DNA of 46,158 nucleotides from Perkinsus olseni (Eukaryota): NCBI GenBank assembly GCA_013115125.1, contig JABANN010000262.1, positions 1 to 46,158 of the forward strand, read 5' to 3'. Shown piece by piece: positions 1 to 11,500 of this stretch (position 1 is its first letter; each line of letters starts with the position of its first letter). The notes under the pieces were generated by a model. It saw only the letters and a program-made list of their open reading frames with translations, ran no database searches and was not told where the DNA came from. The position numbers and the translations under genes were made by a program.

Positions 1-221
1 AGCTAGGGGTCACTAGCCACCTGGGCGAGCGCGTCACGGACCAATGTTTGCACCACTCTACACTACACAAGTTCCGTGTAGGGTATCAAACAGTGGAAAT
101 GGTGGCACCGCTTCCACGGGGTTCTTCGTTTGGTAGAGTGTTATTTCATCCAGATATTACTGGACGCGTGAACTTCAACTCGAACTCGTTGCAATTGCGT
201 TTGCTAGGCAGATCTGATTCA

Positions 222-303
222 GACACTTGGGCCGAGTGGTCAAGGCGACGGCCTGTCAAGCCGTTGGGCTATGCCCGCGAGGGTTAGAATCCCTCAGGTG
301 TTG
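222..303 (+). pseudogene. Degenerate tRNA-Ser-type gene with anticodon changed to GTC and a mutated T-loop
   Basis: Aligns to the Ser(GCT) copies at 531/847/1163 and has the long variable arm. Anticodon loop reads CT-GTC-AA (255-257); T-loop is GGTTAGAAT instead of GGTTCGAAT. Confidence 0.75.
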
Positions 304-348
304 TGTTTGCACCGTGGGGCAAAGGAACGCCGACAGGATTTGAAGGAA

Positions 349-422
349 TACCCGATGCAGGATTCGAACCTACGACCATCTGGTCCGTAGGCAGACATTC
401 TATCCAGCTGAACTAATCGGGG
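349..422 (-). tRNA. tRNA-Arg(ACG), variant copy, possibly non-functional
   Basis: Reverse complement folds as a tRNA with loop CT-ACG-GA and GGTTCGAATCC. Substitutions at the first base and in the anticodon stem relative to the other copies. Confidence 0.75.
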
Positions 423-530
423 CGGAGCAGATTATTAACCCCTTCGAAGCCGAGAAGTGCGTCCCTACACGGAACGTGGATAGTGTATCATGGGTAAATT
501 GTATATGGGTCCTTACGCTGATCTGGTTCA

Positions 531-612
531 GACACTTTGCCCGAGTGGTCAAGGCGGCGGCCTGCTAAGCCGTTGGGCTATGCCCGCGAGGGTTCGAACC
601 CCTCAGGTGTCG
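531..612 (+). tRNA. tRNA-Ser(GCT), with a D-stem/A-box variant
   Basis: GACACTT...AGGTGTCG acceptor stem, loop CT-GCT-AA (564-566), variable arm GGGCTATGCCC, GGTTCGAACCC. Has TTGCCCGAG where the others have TTGGCCGAG. Confidence 0.85.
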
Positions 613-660
613 TCTGTACGTCGTGTGTTGACGAAGCAGGACCGACAGGATCTGAAACAA

Positions 661-734
661 TACCCGATGCAGGATTCGAACCTACAACCATCTGCTCCGT
701 AGGCAGATATTCTATCCAGCTGAACTAATCGGGC
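661..734 (-). tRNA. tRNA-Arg(ACG)
   Basis: Reverse complement is GCCCGATTAGTTCAGCTGGATAGAAT...CTACGGA...GGTTCGAATCCTGCATCGGGTA, a 74-nt cloverleaf. Confidence 0.88.
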
Positions 735-846
735 CATTAGGAGCGGATTATTAGCCCCTTCGAAGCCGGGAAGTGCATCCCTACACGGAACCTGTGTAGT
801 GCATCATGGGCAAGTTGTGTATCGGTCCTTACGCTGATTTGATTCA

Positions 847-928
847 GACACTTTGGCCGAGTGGTTAAGGCGGCGGCCTGCTAAGCCGTTGGGCTATGCC
901 CGCGGGGGTTCGAATCCCCCAGGTGTCG
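847..928 (+). tRNA. tRNA-Ser(GCT)
   Basis: Canonical 82-nt type II cloverleaf: TGGCCGAGTGG A-box, CT-GCT-AA loop, GGTTCGAATCC B-box. Confidence 0.93.
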
Positions 929-976
929 TCTGTACGTCCTGTGTTGACGAAGCAGGACCGACAGGATCTGAAACAA

Positions 977-1050
977 TACCCGATGCAGGACTCGAACCTA
1001 CGACCATCTGCTCCGTAGGCAGACATCTTATCCAGCTGAACTAATCGGGC
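977..1050 (-). tRNA. tRNA-Arg(ACG), D-arm variant
   Basis: Same 74-nt unit as 661-734, with minor D-arm and T-loop substitutions. Confidence 0.83.
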
Positions 1051-1162
1051 GATTAGGAGCGGATTATTAGCTCCTTCGAAGCCGAGAAGTGCGGCCCTAC
1101 ACGGAACCTGTGTAGTGCATCATGGGCAAGTTGTGTATCGGTCCTTACGCTGATTTGATTCA

Positions 1163-1244
1163 GACACTTTGGCCGAGTGGTTAAGGCGGCGGCCTGCTAA
1201 GCCGTTGGGCTATGCCTGCAGGGGTTCGAATCCCTCGGGTGTCG
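1163..1244 (+). tRNA. tRNA-Ser(GCT), T-stem variant
   Basis: 82-nt unit with GCT anticodon; a few substitutions in the variable and T arms. Confidence 0.83.
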
Positions 1245-1292
1245 TCTGTACGTCGTGTGTTGACGAAGCAGGACCGACAGGATCTGAAACAA

Positions 1293-1363
1293 TACCCGAT
1301 GCAGGATTCGAACCTACGACCATCTGCTCCGTAGGCAGACATTCTGTCCAGCTGAACTAATCG
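1293..1363 (-). pseudogene. tRNA-Arg(ACG) with a disrupted 5' end
   Basis: Matches the Arg unit up to 1363, where the terminal GGC is replaced by scrambled micro-repeats of GCTGAACTAAT. Confidence 0.75.
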
Positions 1364-2287
1364 AACTAAGCTGAACTAATCCAGCTAACTAATCAGAACT
1401 AAGGGGCGCGGTGAAAAATCAAGGTCCGCGGTAGACGTCAGATAGAGCAGATCCACGACCTTCCCATAGCAGAAATGCTTCAAAGTAACCAGAAAACGCC
1501 TTACTCGACCAGCTGAACTAATCGGGAAATCCAAAAATCTTTGTAAACCCTGTTGGCACCGAGAAGTGCCTTTTCGAGCCGAAGTGACACTTCCAAAGAG
1601 ACGAAGATTTCGGCACCGAGTAGCGATAATTGATCGATGGTAGGAATCGGAGGGTTTTGTTGACATAGATTATACTGGCCCCACTGAGGTGGGGCTCACC
1701 TGCGAACATGGCGAACATGGCGATGATGAATATGATGAATATGATGTTAGTGGGGAGTATGTTGTAGGACAGATTAGTTATGTGACGTCATAAATTGGGC
1801 CTTCCTTGACGGTCCCTCAATGAGGGAAAGAGTCCATACAAAAGCAGAAAATTCATACGGACCCTTTGGGGGATGTTGGGAAAATGACCTGAGACCGTAT
1901 GCGGATCTTGGTGCTATATACTGAGAGCATCTACAAAATTATACGCCAAGATGCCCGTTGATCCGGCAGCATCGCTTAGCCGCCTGATAAGACAAAACTA
2001 GATCAATAGCCGGTACAACCCTTGGTGAAGGCCCTTGCGGAAATGCGAGTCGGAGCGGAAGACAAACAGTTGAATCTTGCACACTTACTAGGTTCAGCAC
2101 CTACTCGAAAAATGGAATTCCTGTGGAGGGCACGGTCTTTCTAAAATCGGTTTGGTTCTATGCTGTCCAGGATGACACTGAGGAGTCTTAGCCATTACTG
2201 GTATCTGGTGCTTATGAATTTAACCACCCATCAGTGACTTCCTACCAGAATCTGTGATAACACTTCCTCAGCTTCCCTCTTGTTATA

Positions 2288-3313
2288 ATGCAAACCTTCA
2301 TTATTTGGATAGCCTCTGTCATCTGTTTGATGATTCACATACCGCAAGTGTACGGAGCAACGGCCTTCAACTCCGACAACGATGAGGACACTATGGAAGT
2401 CGACGCTCACGGAAGTCGCAAGAAAGTCCGCGCCCGAAGGGTGTTAGGGAACAGGATTAATCCACCAAGCAACAGACCCATGCCCCTCCAGAGTAGAAGG
2501 GAAATCCAGCCGACGACTACTCATCATGCTGCCAGTGGCAAACGCACGTGGGAAATGCAAAGCCCGGACCCTCCGCAAGCCAAAAAACTCATGGCTTCCA
2601 GAGAGGTGAGGGCAGGTCGCAGAGGGAGAATGAGATCTTCCTCGGGCGGAGGAGTATTAAGGATCAGAACTTGCTTGTTGCTGTTAGGATGGTACGTGCC
2701 GTGCAGTTCTAACGAACGAGGTCGGGGTCAACGAAGAGGGAAACGCAATTCGCGCCCAGACTTGCAGTCTGCAGTTCACCGAGCATGGAGCGGTAGAGTA
2801 CTCTACCGAGACCGAACAGGAAAGTGGCGAACCTTCAAGGGTCGTTGGTGTCACTTGCGGCGAAAAGTCGTACATGGTGTAGGTTGGGTGCTGCTGCTGA
2901 ATCGTTCAGTGCTTCGTGCTCCGCTAATGCGTTCTCTGTTCAAGAGCGATCGCGATGTGCTCGGGCTCTTAATAACTGTCCCTAGACATATCCGTTCGCC
3001 TCCTCTTTTCAGCGCGGATGGTCGTATTGATGCAATCCTAATGGGCGAAGACATGTACGATGTTGGGCGTGATGACCCGGCGGGAGATTTCAATAACAGA
3101 GCCTTTGGGATGAGATGCTTGGATATCTTTCACGAGGTACAGAGAATACTTCTGCCCGGATCGCCGGTGAGCGATGTCTTGGAAAAGGAGGAGTGTACCA
3201 AGATAATAACGCAAATTTGCAACATGTATCAGAGCGCTGTGTATGCTCCGATGCCACCCACTGAAGCAGCCTATGGCCGCTCGCGCTCCCGAGCGAACAC
3301 TCGTGGCCGCTGA
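2288..3313 (+). CDS. 'MQTFII' family secreted protein, copy 1 (exons 2288-2605, 2688-2878, 3013-3313; about 269 aa)
   Basis: Signal-peptide leader shared with 6 other loci. GT-AG introns of phase 0 and 2 restore a frame homologous to the paralogs (DGTC..TC..TCGEKSYM / ADGRID..DP..FGMRC..C..IC). Confidence 0.8.
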   Translation: MQTFIIWIASVICLMIHIPQVYGATAFNSDNDEDTMEVDAHGSRKKVRARRVLGNRINPPSNRPMPLQSRREIQPTTTHHAASGKRTWEMQSPDPPQAKKLMASREVRAGRRGRMRSSSGGGVLRIRTCLLLLGWYVPCSSNERGRGQRRGKRNSRPDLQSAVHRAWSGRVLYRDRTGKWRTFKGRWCHLRRKVVHGVGWVLLLNRSVLRAPLMRSLFKSDRDVLGLLITVPRHIRSPPLFSADGRIDAILMGEDMYDVGRDDPAGDFNNRAFGMRCLDIFHEVQRILLPGSPVSDVLEKEECTKIITQICNMYQSAVYAPMPPTEAAYGRSRSRANTRGR

Positions 3314-4499
3314 ATGCTGTTAGGGTCTTGTTGCTGTTGCTGTTGCTGTTGCTATTATTGTTGTTAGTGATTGTGTACGTTGACGTTGAGAAGTATCTTG
3401 GGTAACAAGTTAGCGAATCGGCGACCCGCGTTTTGACTCGGACCATTTCTTCAGCTTGATGCGCACTACAGTATTTCTCGTGCCAGTTTGACAAGTGAAC
3501 CGGCGAGAATGGCAATGTGACAAGCGAGTTTGACACATTTCCAATTTGTTGACACCAAGGATGTCACTTTGTGTAGACTAACAAGTTAACCTTTATTGAA
3601 GCATCATTTAAATCTGCCTCAAGGCCTCGTACTTTGGCTAGGTTTATAATGAAAATGTTGAACCATGGCAACGATCGTTTTTTCTGCCATTGAAGACGCA
3701 GAGGTTGTTGAGACTCTCAACGATGGTGAAGCAGCTGACAAAAGGTGGGGAGTCCCCACTGGGGACCGACCCTCGCTCCGCAATGACTCTAAACTTTAGG
3801 AGAGACTGCAGAACGACCCACCTGCTATTCCAACGTCGTCCCCGAATGGCTTCCTCACCAGGCCTCCTCCTCCTCTATGCATTTGCGGGTCAGGCGTAGA
3901 TCAGAAAGCGGACCAACATCGCGATCGATACCGTCGCATCAAGTGTACGCATGTAGACAGTTATACTCATCTTTGTGGCCAGGCCCTCTGAAAAGCTTCG
4001 CTCCGCTGTGTTCGAAACAACGTTTTCACTATGAAATACATGGCTTAGACTCAGGAGCGTCATTTCCTGTGTTTTGCGTCCTATGGCACACGGTACGCCT
4101 AAATACAATAGCCCACACACAACAGCCTCAGGTTGTGTCTAAAGTGCGGGAACGGCAAGCGAACTAGAAACTGAACGCTCGACCCTTTCTCCGACCCCGC
4201 AATGAGCAATTACGAGAACGAGTGAGCCCCCAACGTATCTTTCAAAATGGAAAAAAACTCAACACCCATCTGTGAGAGCCCATGACCCGTACGCCACGTC
4301 ACATGACGCGGGACAGCGTCTGAAGCGACAAGACGGACGAAGCTCGCCATTATATTCCGCCCAACGGTTTTACCCCTCTGACTCCCCCTTCTACCCTGCT
4401 TGGGTTCTACAGCGCCCCCACAGAACCGAACTGCTGCCCATCACCCACTACTCAATACAACCCCGATAGCAAATAAGAAATAGAATCGAACGTTTCAAC

Positions 4500-6805
4500 T
4501 CAGGCACCTCCCTTCGACGTAGACAACATATCCTCGGTTTCCTTCTGCTGTTCCTTGTCCTTGTCACTCACATACTGTTGAACCAGCAACTGCTTCTTCT
4601 TAGCAAGAATGAGCTTATCAATCTCTCCCTCCGTCGGGACAGGCACAAACCTACCAAATCCATGACCGCGCGCCACGAAATTCCCCTCAGCGTACGACTT
4701 ATACGCAGCTGCAGATGCCTGTCTTCGGCTCGGCGACGACGGAGTAGGTTGAGCGACTGCTGCAGTAGGGCTGGTAGCACTACCACTCGGCGCCGTCCTC
4801 CCGCGCTTGTGAGGACTTATCCCGTGCGTACGACGGTACCTGTAAAGTCAGTATATAAATCGCCAGCCGTCACCGTTCTCGCGCCATACTCTTCCTCTGC
4901 CTCCAGCTGCAGCTCGAGCTCTCGCTGCGACTCCTCGAGTAACTGACGAGACCAGTCGTCATGCAAAAACAACAGCCCAGCGGAATCACTTGAACTTCGT
5001 CGTCATCCGCACGCCAACCGAAGTAGTCTGGTTCGATGTCCTGGTACCTGAGCGCAACCGTTTATTTCGACACAGTGATTCAGATTTTGGTCGGCACCGG
5101 AAGGAAGCGCAAAGAGAGTGAAGAAGGTGGAAGGTTAAATTTATTATTAGTCTGTAGAAATAAGTTATTTTGATCTAATAAAAATTGTACCTCTGAGAAT
5201 ATAGAAAATTCCTATTTACAATTATAAAGTAAAAATATGGTATCTTTTTGATAAATAAAAAAATATATTGCAATAAAGATAATAAGATACGCAAACGTAT
5301 CCGGCCGCGTAGGTGAAGCATTCTACGAGTTTTCCATAATTTCTCACTCGCCATGACAGACATAGTTGGACCTGACTGAGCCGTAACTACTCGATTGCCG
5401 TTCTACTCGGCGCCGAGTTTATGCGAATCAGTCCAGCTTCCCAGTTTTTGCAGTACTATGCTTCACAAACAAAAGAATCTTTTGGCCGCGTCAAGTGCGC
5501 TCTCAAGTTGAAGATTCTTCAAAAATGTTCTGGCGAATTGAATGACTGAAGCAGTGGTGAAATTACGAGTGCTGCAGCCAAGCCAACCGACAGCAGCTGC
5601 TGCTGCGACGTACGGCATAGTGGCCTCAGTGTATTATTACAATATGATAGTTCGACGACCAGCGTTTTCGCGTCGCCAGGCACCATGGCCTCATCTTTGC
5701 ATGTCGCGCTCCTCGCTACTCTGTTTTCGCATTTCCCACACGTCCCTATTGCTAGCCCACGCCACGATTAATTCAAAAACGCTGGGGGGAGCGGTGACAC
5801 TCCCTTCGAGTCACCTCAATCTCTCATCACGAGCGGTCAAGGTGACACGATCGAGCGCTTGTCACCATCACCGACGCTCCGTCCCCTAGTACAGTTCTTT
5901 CCTAGTCCGTCGTTTTTTCCTTTCAGCATCCTCAGCGGCCCTCATCGCTCTCTGATGCTCGAACAGTTCCCGTACTCCTGGCAGATCCTTGGCAGCTCCA
6001 AAGTACTTGTAGCCATCTAAAGAGAGAATCATAACCGCATCGTCTAATGCGATCGACTGGGTTACTTCCTCCGATAATCTCAGCGCCTTCCCCAGCTTCC
6101 CCCGCACCAGCTCGCATGGCCGAGTAGTCCGGACCTCCCAACGCTCTTATTTGGTCTTCCCAGTGCTTCCTACCACAAATCCCCCAAATCACCTCTCCTG
6201 TTCGCGTTTGCTATTACTTAGTTCGCAGCAGTCTGTTGATGAGGTCGTTGAGTTCCCTTATTTTTTGCTCTCCTAAGGACGCATTTTGGATGTCCGATAT
6301 GTTTTTGGAGATGTCCCGGACCTGAAAGTTGGTGAAGCGTCGCTCGACCGCTACTAATGCAGAGAACATAAGTTCGTACTAAGTAACATCAAGAATGTTC
6401 CATAGATAAAAGAATCACAATAATCGATCTACGACAACAAGATACAAGGTTTGCCTGGTTGAGGTTGATAACCGTTTCACGTCTGATGTCTGATACTTCT
6501 TACTTCTTTCTTCTTTATAGAAAAGGGAATCGTTACTAGAAACTATAAGTCCAAGAGAAAAAGCGAAAATTTTTCCCGCCCAAAACGCCTACCAGAGTTT
6601 GTCGCCAGTGAACGCAGTCCTTCAGAGAGCTACAGTCCGTCGCGTACCTGAATCAAAACAGAATTGTGAATCCACTGCTACTACCACCCCCTCACCTCGG
6701 TCGGTTGTAGTGAGGACGCTGAAAGAGCTGGCCAGTTTCGATCTTCCTCTGCTGGTCGACCCAGCGATTTAACAGGTGCATCGCCTTCTCCTCAGAACGA
6801 GCCAT
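4500..6805 (-). CDS. ISY1: Pre-mRNA splicing factor ISY1 (multi-exon)
   Basis: Spliced translation gives MARSEEKAMHLLNRW..., [64 protein letters not shown] and VPVPTEGEIDKLILAKKKQLL, all characteristic ISY1 blocks. Confidence 0.93.
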
Positions 6806-7499
6806 CTTGTAGTAGCAACAGACCAACAACGACTACCAGAAAAAGATTTTTTGGAGGAGCTACAAGTTACCCGGCCGCTGAGTGGCGCTTGAGACGGTGG
6901 TGACGTGCTCGGTCGCAGCGGCAGGGTCCTTAGCGGCTGCATCTTTCCATTGGTCCTCTGACGCCCAATGCGTGCTGAAGGCCCCCACTATTAACAACGA
7001 ATTAATTGCCACACGGAATAGATCGGCCCGAACTTCGGGCCCCGAAGGAGCCCGACAGAGCCACTGGAGAAACAGCGCCAAAATCTACACGCGTACGTGT
7101 TTGAAGGGCAACGCCGGGGAAGATTCTCTTCGCGTTTGCAACGAGCTGTTGCGCAGCCTGAGTTTCAATAGCCCATAGTCAGCACAGATTTATTTCAATT
7201 CTGTCTTGAACCGCAGAACCCGTCTATTGAACACTCCCGGCGAACAGACCGGATTAAAATCTTTTTCCTAAGTATTTACTAACTTAGGAAGTTCTCTGCA
7301 TCTACACCGAGCAGAACGAATGAGATGCAAGAAATTTTTTCGTGCATTTTTTCTGTGAATTTTGACTTTTTTCAGTGGTCGTTGGTGAAAGTGCGCGGTC
7401 GTGGGAATAGGGAAAGTATCATGGGCAGCTGTGGGAGTATCCTAGGTCGATCATGGTCTTTTACGGAATAGTTATTATTATCATCCCCTTCCCTCGGCA

Positions 7500-8099
7500 A
7501 TGTTCCTCGTCAATTGGCTTTGGGACGCTCTCAGTTACCTAGGCCTGTCTCGCAAGAACGCCAAGATTCTCTTCCTGGGGTTGGACAATGCCGGAAAAAC
7601 TACGCTTTTACACATGTTGAAGGATGACAAAGTCGCTACTCACGTCCCTACCCTGCACCCGCACTCGGAAGAATTGCTGATCGGAAAGATACGCTTCAGA
7701 ACCTTCGATTTGGGTGGTCACGAGACAGCTCGTCGTATTTGGAAAGATTACTACGCGACAGTTGACGGAATTATCTTTCTGGTCGACGCGGCCGACCGGA
7801 CCCGTTTTCTGGAGGCGGCTGAGGAACTGAGACAACTGTTGGAGTGCCAGGAGCTTTGCACGGTCCCGATCGCCGTTCTCGGAAACAAGATTGATATCAG
7901 AAACGCGGCTGGCGAGGAGGAGTTCAGACAGTGTCTTGGTTTGCATTCTCACACTACCTTCGGAAGGGAAGTTAAGTCAGGCGCCGCCCAGAGTGCTCAG
8001 GAATCTGGCATCCGTCCGGTGGAGGTCTTTATGTGCTCTGTCGTTAAGAGGATGGGGTATGCTGAAGGGTTCAAGTGGCTGGCGCAATTCCTCGACTGA
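7500..8099 (+). CDS. SAR1: Small GTPase SAR1 (COPII)
   Basis: Intronless 199-aa ORF with [19 protein letters not shown] and NKID; probable 5'UTR intron at about 7391-7470. Confidence 0.98.
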   Translation: MFLVNWLWDALSYLGLSRKNAKILFLGLDNAGKTTLLHMLKDDKVATHVPTLHPHSEELLIGKIRFRTFDLGGHETARRIWKDYYATVDGIIFLVDAADRTRFLEAAEELRQLLECQELCTVPIAVLGNKIDIRNAAGEEEFRQCLGLHSHTTFGREVKSGAAQSAQESGIRPVEVFMCSVVKRMGYAEGFKWLAQFLD

Positions 8100-8132
8100 T
8101 TTTGTTGTGATGATGATGATGAGCATGATGAT

Positions 8133-8439
8133 AGTAGTGGTTTATTAAGTAGGTTAGTGAAACTAAGGCGCGAGCTTGCGTTAATTACAGACGGGAACTG
8201 ATAATTTTTCCGCTTATGGCCCGTCTAATTTCCTATGTTTCGGTATTATCATTTCGTTTGCACTCTTACAGGGGTAGCTGTCAAGACGCCCTGTTAAAGA
8301 CTTCCTTGCCCATCTCAACCCGTCATGATGATGGGGTAGAAGCATCAATGGTAGTGGTTTAATAATATGTTGGCTAGGTTAGTGAAACTAAACAGCTTGC
8401 TTGCGTTAATTGCAGCTGGGATGATAAATTTTTCCGCTT
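8133..8439. repeat. Degenerate direct duplication of about 85 bp downstream of SAR1 (8133-8216 and 8351-8439)
   Basis: Both copies carry GTAGTGGTTTA..TAGGTTAGTGAAACTAA..GCTTGCGTTAATT..GATAA.TTTTTCCGCTT. Confidence 0.7.
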
Positions 8440-8525
8440 GTACCTCTTTACTTCGCTGTAAGCCCGTCATCAGTCGTCGCCTAGGTCGTTCGCCCAACCG
8501 GTCTTCCAGTGTTTGTTTGCCTCTT

Positions 8526-11500
8526 ATGGTACTAGCCGGTCATCTGCCGCCTACCGCACCTTCCCCTATTGATCCCCGTAGCAGCACCAGCAGAAGTAAT
8601 ACCGTTACTGTGCAACTACTGTGACGGTCTTCTTTTCTCAGGCTCAAGTGAGTCGCGAAATGTTGAGAAAGTGAACCCGTTTTTGACATATCAAAACAAC
8701 GTGTCCCAAGCTGGTAAGATCCCCCTGGGCTGGCCGTCTGAAGCGAGGGTGGTTACATGATCGGACTAACCTCCGAGACTGACCGGCCGAGCGCGGATGA
8801 TCTATACGACATGCACTTCCTGTAGTCACTGGCTTCTTCACTGACCGACTATCGGCGCGGCTTTTGCAGGGATTGGCCGAACTGGTCAATTTCAAATTGG
8901 GACTCTTTACTGTTTTCAGGTGACTTGTCATCTTTCGCCCTGGTACTCATGTTAGAGGGAATTCGGAATGACTTTGCCTTCTCAGAGAACGATCTATGGT
9001 CAACTTTTGTGAAGTGAGATTGGGAAGATGACGCTCTCTTAGTAGTCCACTGAGAGTATTCATCATCGCTAGAATGCGCGTGAATAGTGGATCGGTTCTT
9101 CAAGAGACTCGCTGGTCCCTATCGACTATTGAACTCGCAGCGGGTATAGTGAAGTCATCCTCACTGCTTCACTGCCTTCTGACGGTTAATGTATCTCCAT
9201 CTTAATCGAGTATGATATTATGTTCCGAGTGAATAGTAAGTTACTTTATTTTACTCGGAGTATTCTGTAAATAAGATGGTTATCAGTTCAAGGTGGAGGA
9301 GTAACGGTCCACCAGGTCGTGCCGCATCAGCAATATGAGAACCCCTGGGAGTCTTTTGAAGCGTCACTGACGAGCGTGAACTTAAGATTCCTTCCACTAT
9401 CGTTTTCTAACTTCGTAAACTGCACTTTATCCCGTTGCAAGTCCTTGAAGAAATAGACGTCCACTTTCGTTCAGACAGCAGCAAACCCGACTCTGAGCGT
9501 TCTCATAGTGGAAAACGTAGTTTCAGGATTTCGAGTTCTCGCTGGTCTGTTCGACCGGTCCGCTTTTCTCCTGAAGGTACGGTCCGTTGAAGACAGTGCA
9601 GCTACTGGATTCTGTATCGGCCCCAGACGTGGCTCTGGTGGAGTTTCAGGAGAACTCCGACGCACAGGAGTGCCAGCGCCATCTTGACGGTAGGGTCACC
9701 CTACTAGGATGGTGCCTTCCATCCCAGCGACCCGAAACTGCCCACCTCAGTATTGAGTTAGCGCCAAGCCGGTTGATTATTGAGTTTCGAACTTGTAATT
9801 TTCATACAGTACCGGACATCCAAAAAGTGGAGTTTCGTGTGCTGGGGTAAATTCTCCCCTCAAATCGAGTATGGGCCTGAAAATTCAACCTTAGTGTCCT
9901 TATACTGTGGTACTGCATGCGATAGTCTCTCATAAAATTAGTAAAACGGCTTTTTATTACAGACATGTCTCCCCCGAGGTTCGAACCCACGACCACCTGA
10001 ACCTCCGGGGCGTTAGATCAATACTCGAGGTAAACTATAACATTTGAGTATCTTTTTCTGCAAGGTATGGTACTCAAGCTCGAGGGGGACACCTGTGTTG
10101 TGCGCTTGAAACGATTCAGTGCGGACGTTGAGAAGGAGCTTCGGGTAAGGGCCCTTCAGGAGCGGTTGTGGCTGTGATTGTAGCATTTAGAATCTACTCG
10201 AGACTGCAGCGGCGGCAAGCCTTCAGCGAGAAGGTAAGGCCAGTCGGTGACGTCCTCTGTTGACCTCGCTTGTCTAGGAGAAGGTGGGGGTCCAGGCATC
10301 GACGCTGAAGGGTTCGCGGCGATGAGCTCTGGTGGACGCTGGTGCGCTCGGTAATACTGATAGGGTCGGTGGTGGCGAGTCGTGAGCTTCTTGTTGTGGA
10401 GCGCAATTTCCGCCAACCTTCTCCGCTGGGCGGTCTGGTCGCTGTCGGTGGGTGTTTTGCATCTCATGCGCTGTTTTTTTCTCAGTTTTTTCTTGGTTTT
10501 AACTCCCTTTATTTTGTCTTTTCTTGTTTTTTTTTCTTGGTTTTTTTCGGTTTTCCCCTTTTTTGTTTTTTCTTGGCCTTTTTTTCTTTTTTTTATTTTC
10601 CTTTCCCAATTTTACCGTCACTATAACAACATTATAAAGGCATATATTATAAAGTACTTCATATTATGTTTTTTTATGAATTATCTTGTTTAATTTTTCC
10701 CTTTTTTAGTTTTTTTTCCGATTTTTTCCGTGAGTTGCTGGTTCAGGTTTGTGATTGGAGCTGAAAGAATGCATAAAGATTTCCCGATCGTTGGCAGAAT
10801 TATTGGACCTAATGGCGAGCACATGAAGGAAATTCATAATAAAACTTCTGCAAAATTAAGACTAAGGGGACGGAGAAGTAGCGGGAAGGGAGGGCGAGTT
10901 GAGATTTTCTGATGGTGGGTTTCTGAAAGGTAATTATCGAGAAGGACCGGAGCAGAAGGAATCAGACGAACCGTTGCATCTGTGTGTCTCGAGCAATGAT
11001 GAGGTTGGAAGGAGTATCTTAGGTTGACCCTTGCAGGATACGAATTAGGTCTCTTATCGGCGCACGTGTGAGATGGTTGAACATCTCATGAAAGGAGTTT
11101 ATGAAGACTATGGAGTTTGGTGCTCGCAAAGGGGCATACCGGTAGTATCTTAGGTCGAAGCTTTGCCGGGAATCCAAGATGTCGGTTGGTGACCAGATAC
11201 CAGCGATCCAGATGATCATGGTCGAGGGTTCGACACAGGAGTCACTAGAAGACAAACTTCACGTACCGGTTCTTTCGTCTGTGGCGGTATTTTACGGTTT
11301 TTCTATCAGGAACTTTATGCAGCACAGAACATGCTGCTAGGCAAGAAAAGGAGAAGTGCGCTAGGGGAAGCTTCCGATGATGAGGATGATGACGGCGTGG
11401 CAGCACCTAAGGCGGTGGACCCGAGGTTGCCGGAAAACCAACCGCATGGCTTCGACGCGGTAAGGGTCGGTTTGTTCGGTCGAGAGAGAATCTTTTGGTC

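Larger units (their letters stand above)
222..1363. repeat. Tandem array of 4 convergent tRNA-Ser/tRNA-Arg units, period about 316 bp
   Basis: Ser starts at 222, 531, 847 and 1163 (spacings 309, 316, 316), with near-identical spacers. Confidence 0.95.

Noticed and set aside
48-1360. Repeated 63-79 aa ORFs (MAEWLRRRPAKPLG...), also at 44822-45833
   Set aside because: These are translations of the tRNA-Ser/tRNA-Arg repeat units, not proteins.
222-1363. CRISPR-like repeat-spacer array
   Set aside because: The units are tRNA genes with near-identical spacers, in a eukaryotic context with no cas genes.
2606-3012. Single-exon 341-aa reading of ORF 2288-3313
   Set aside because: The middle portion is intron plus wrong-frame sequence. 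The two introns total 216 nt, a multiple of 3, so the ORF stays open by chance. The spliced frame is the one matching paralogs.
6860-7178. Short ORFs between ISY1 and SAR1
   Set aside because: No recognisable motif or consistent exon structure; probably the divergent promoter/UTR region.
10342-10693. Phe-rich 'membrane protein' ORFs
   Set aside because: Translation of a poly-T intronic tract.
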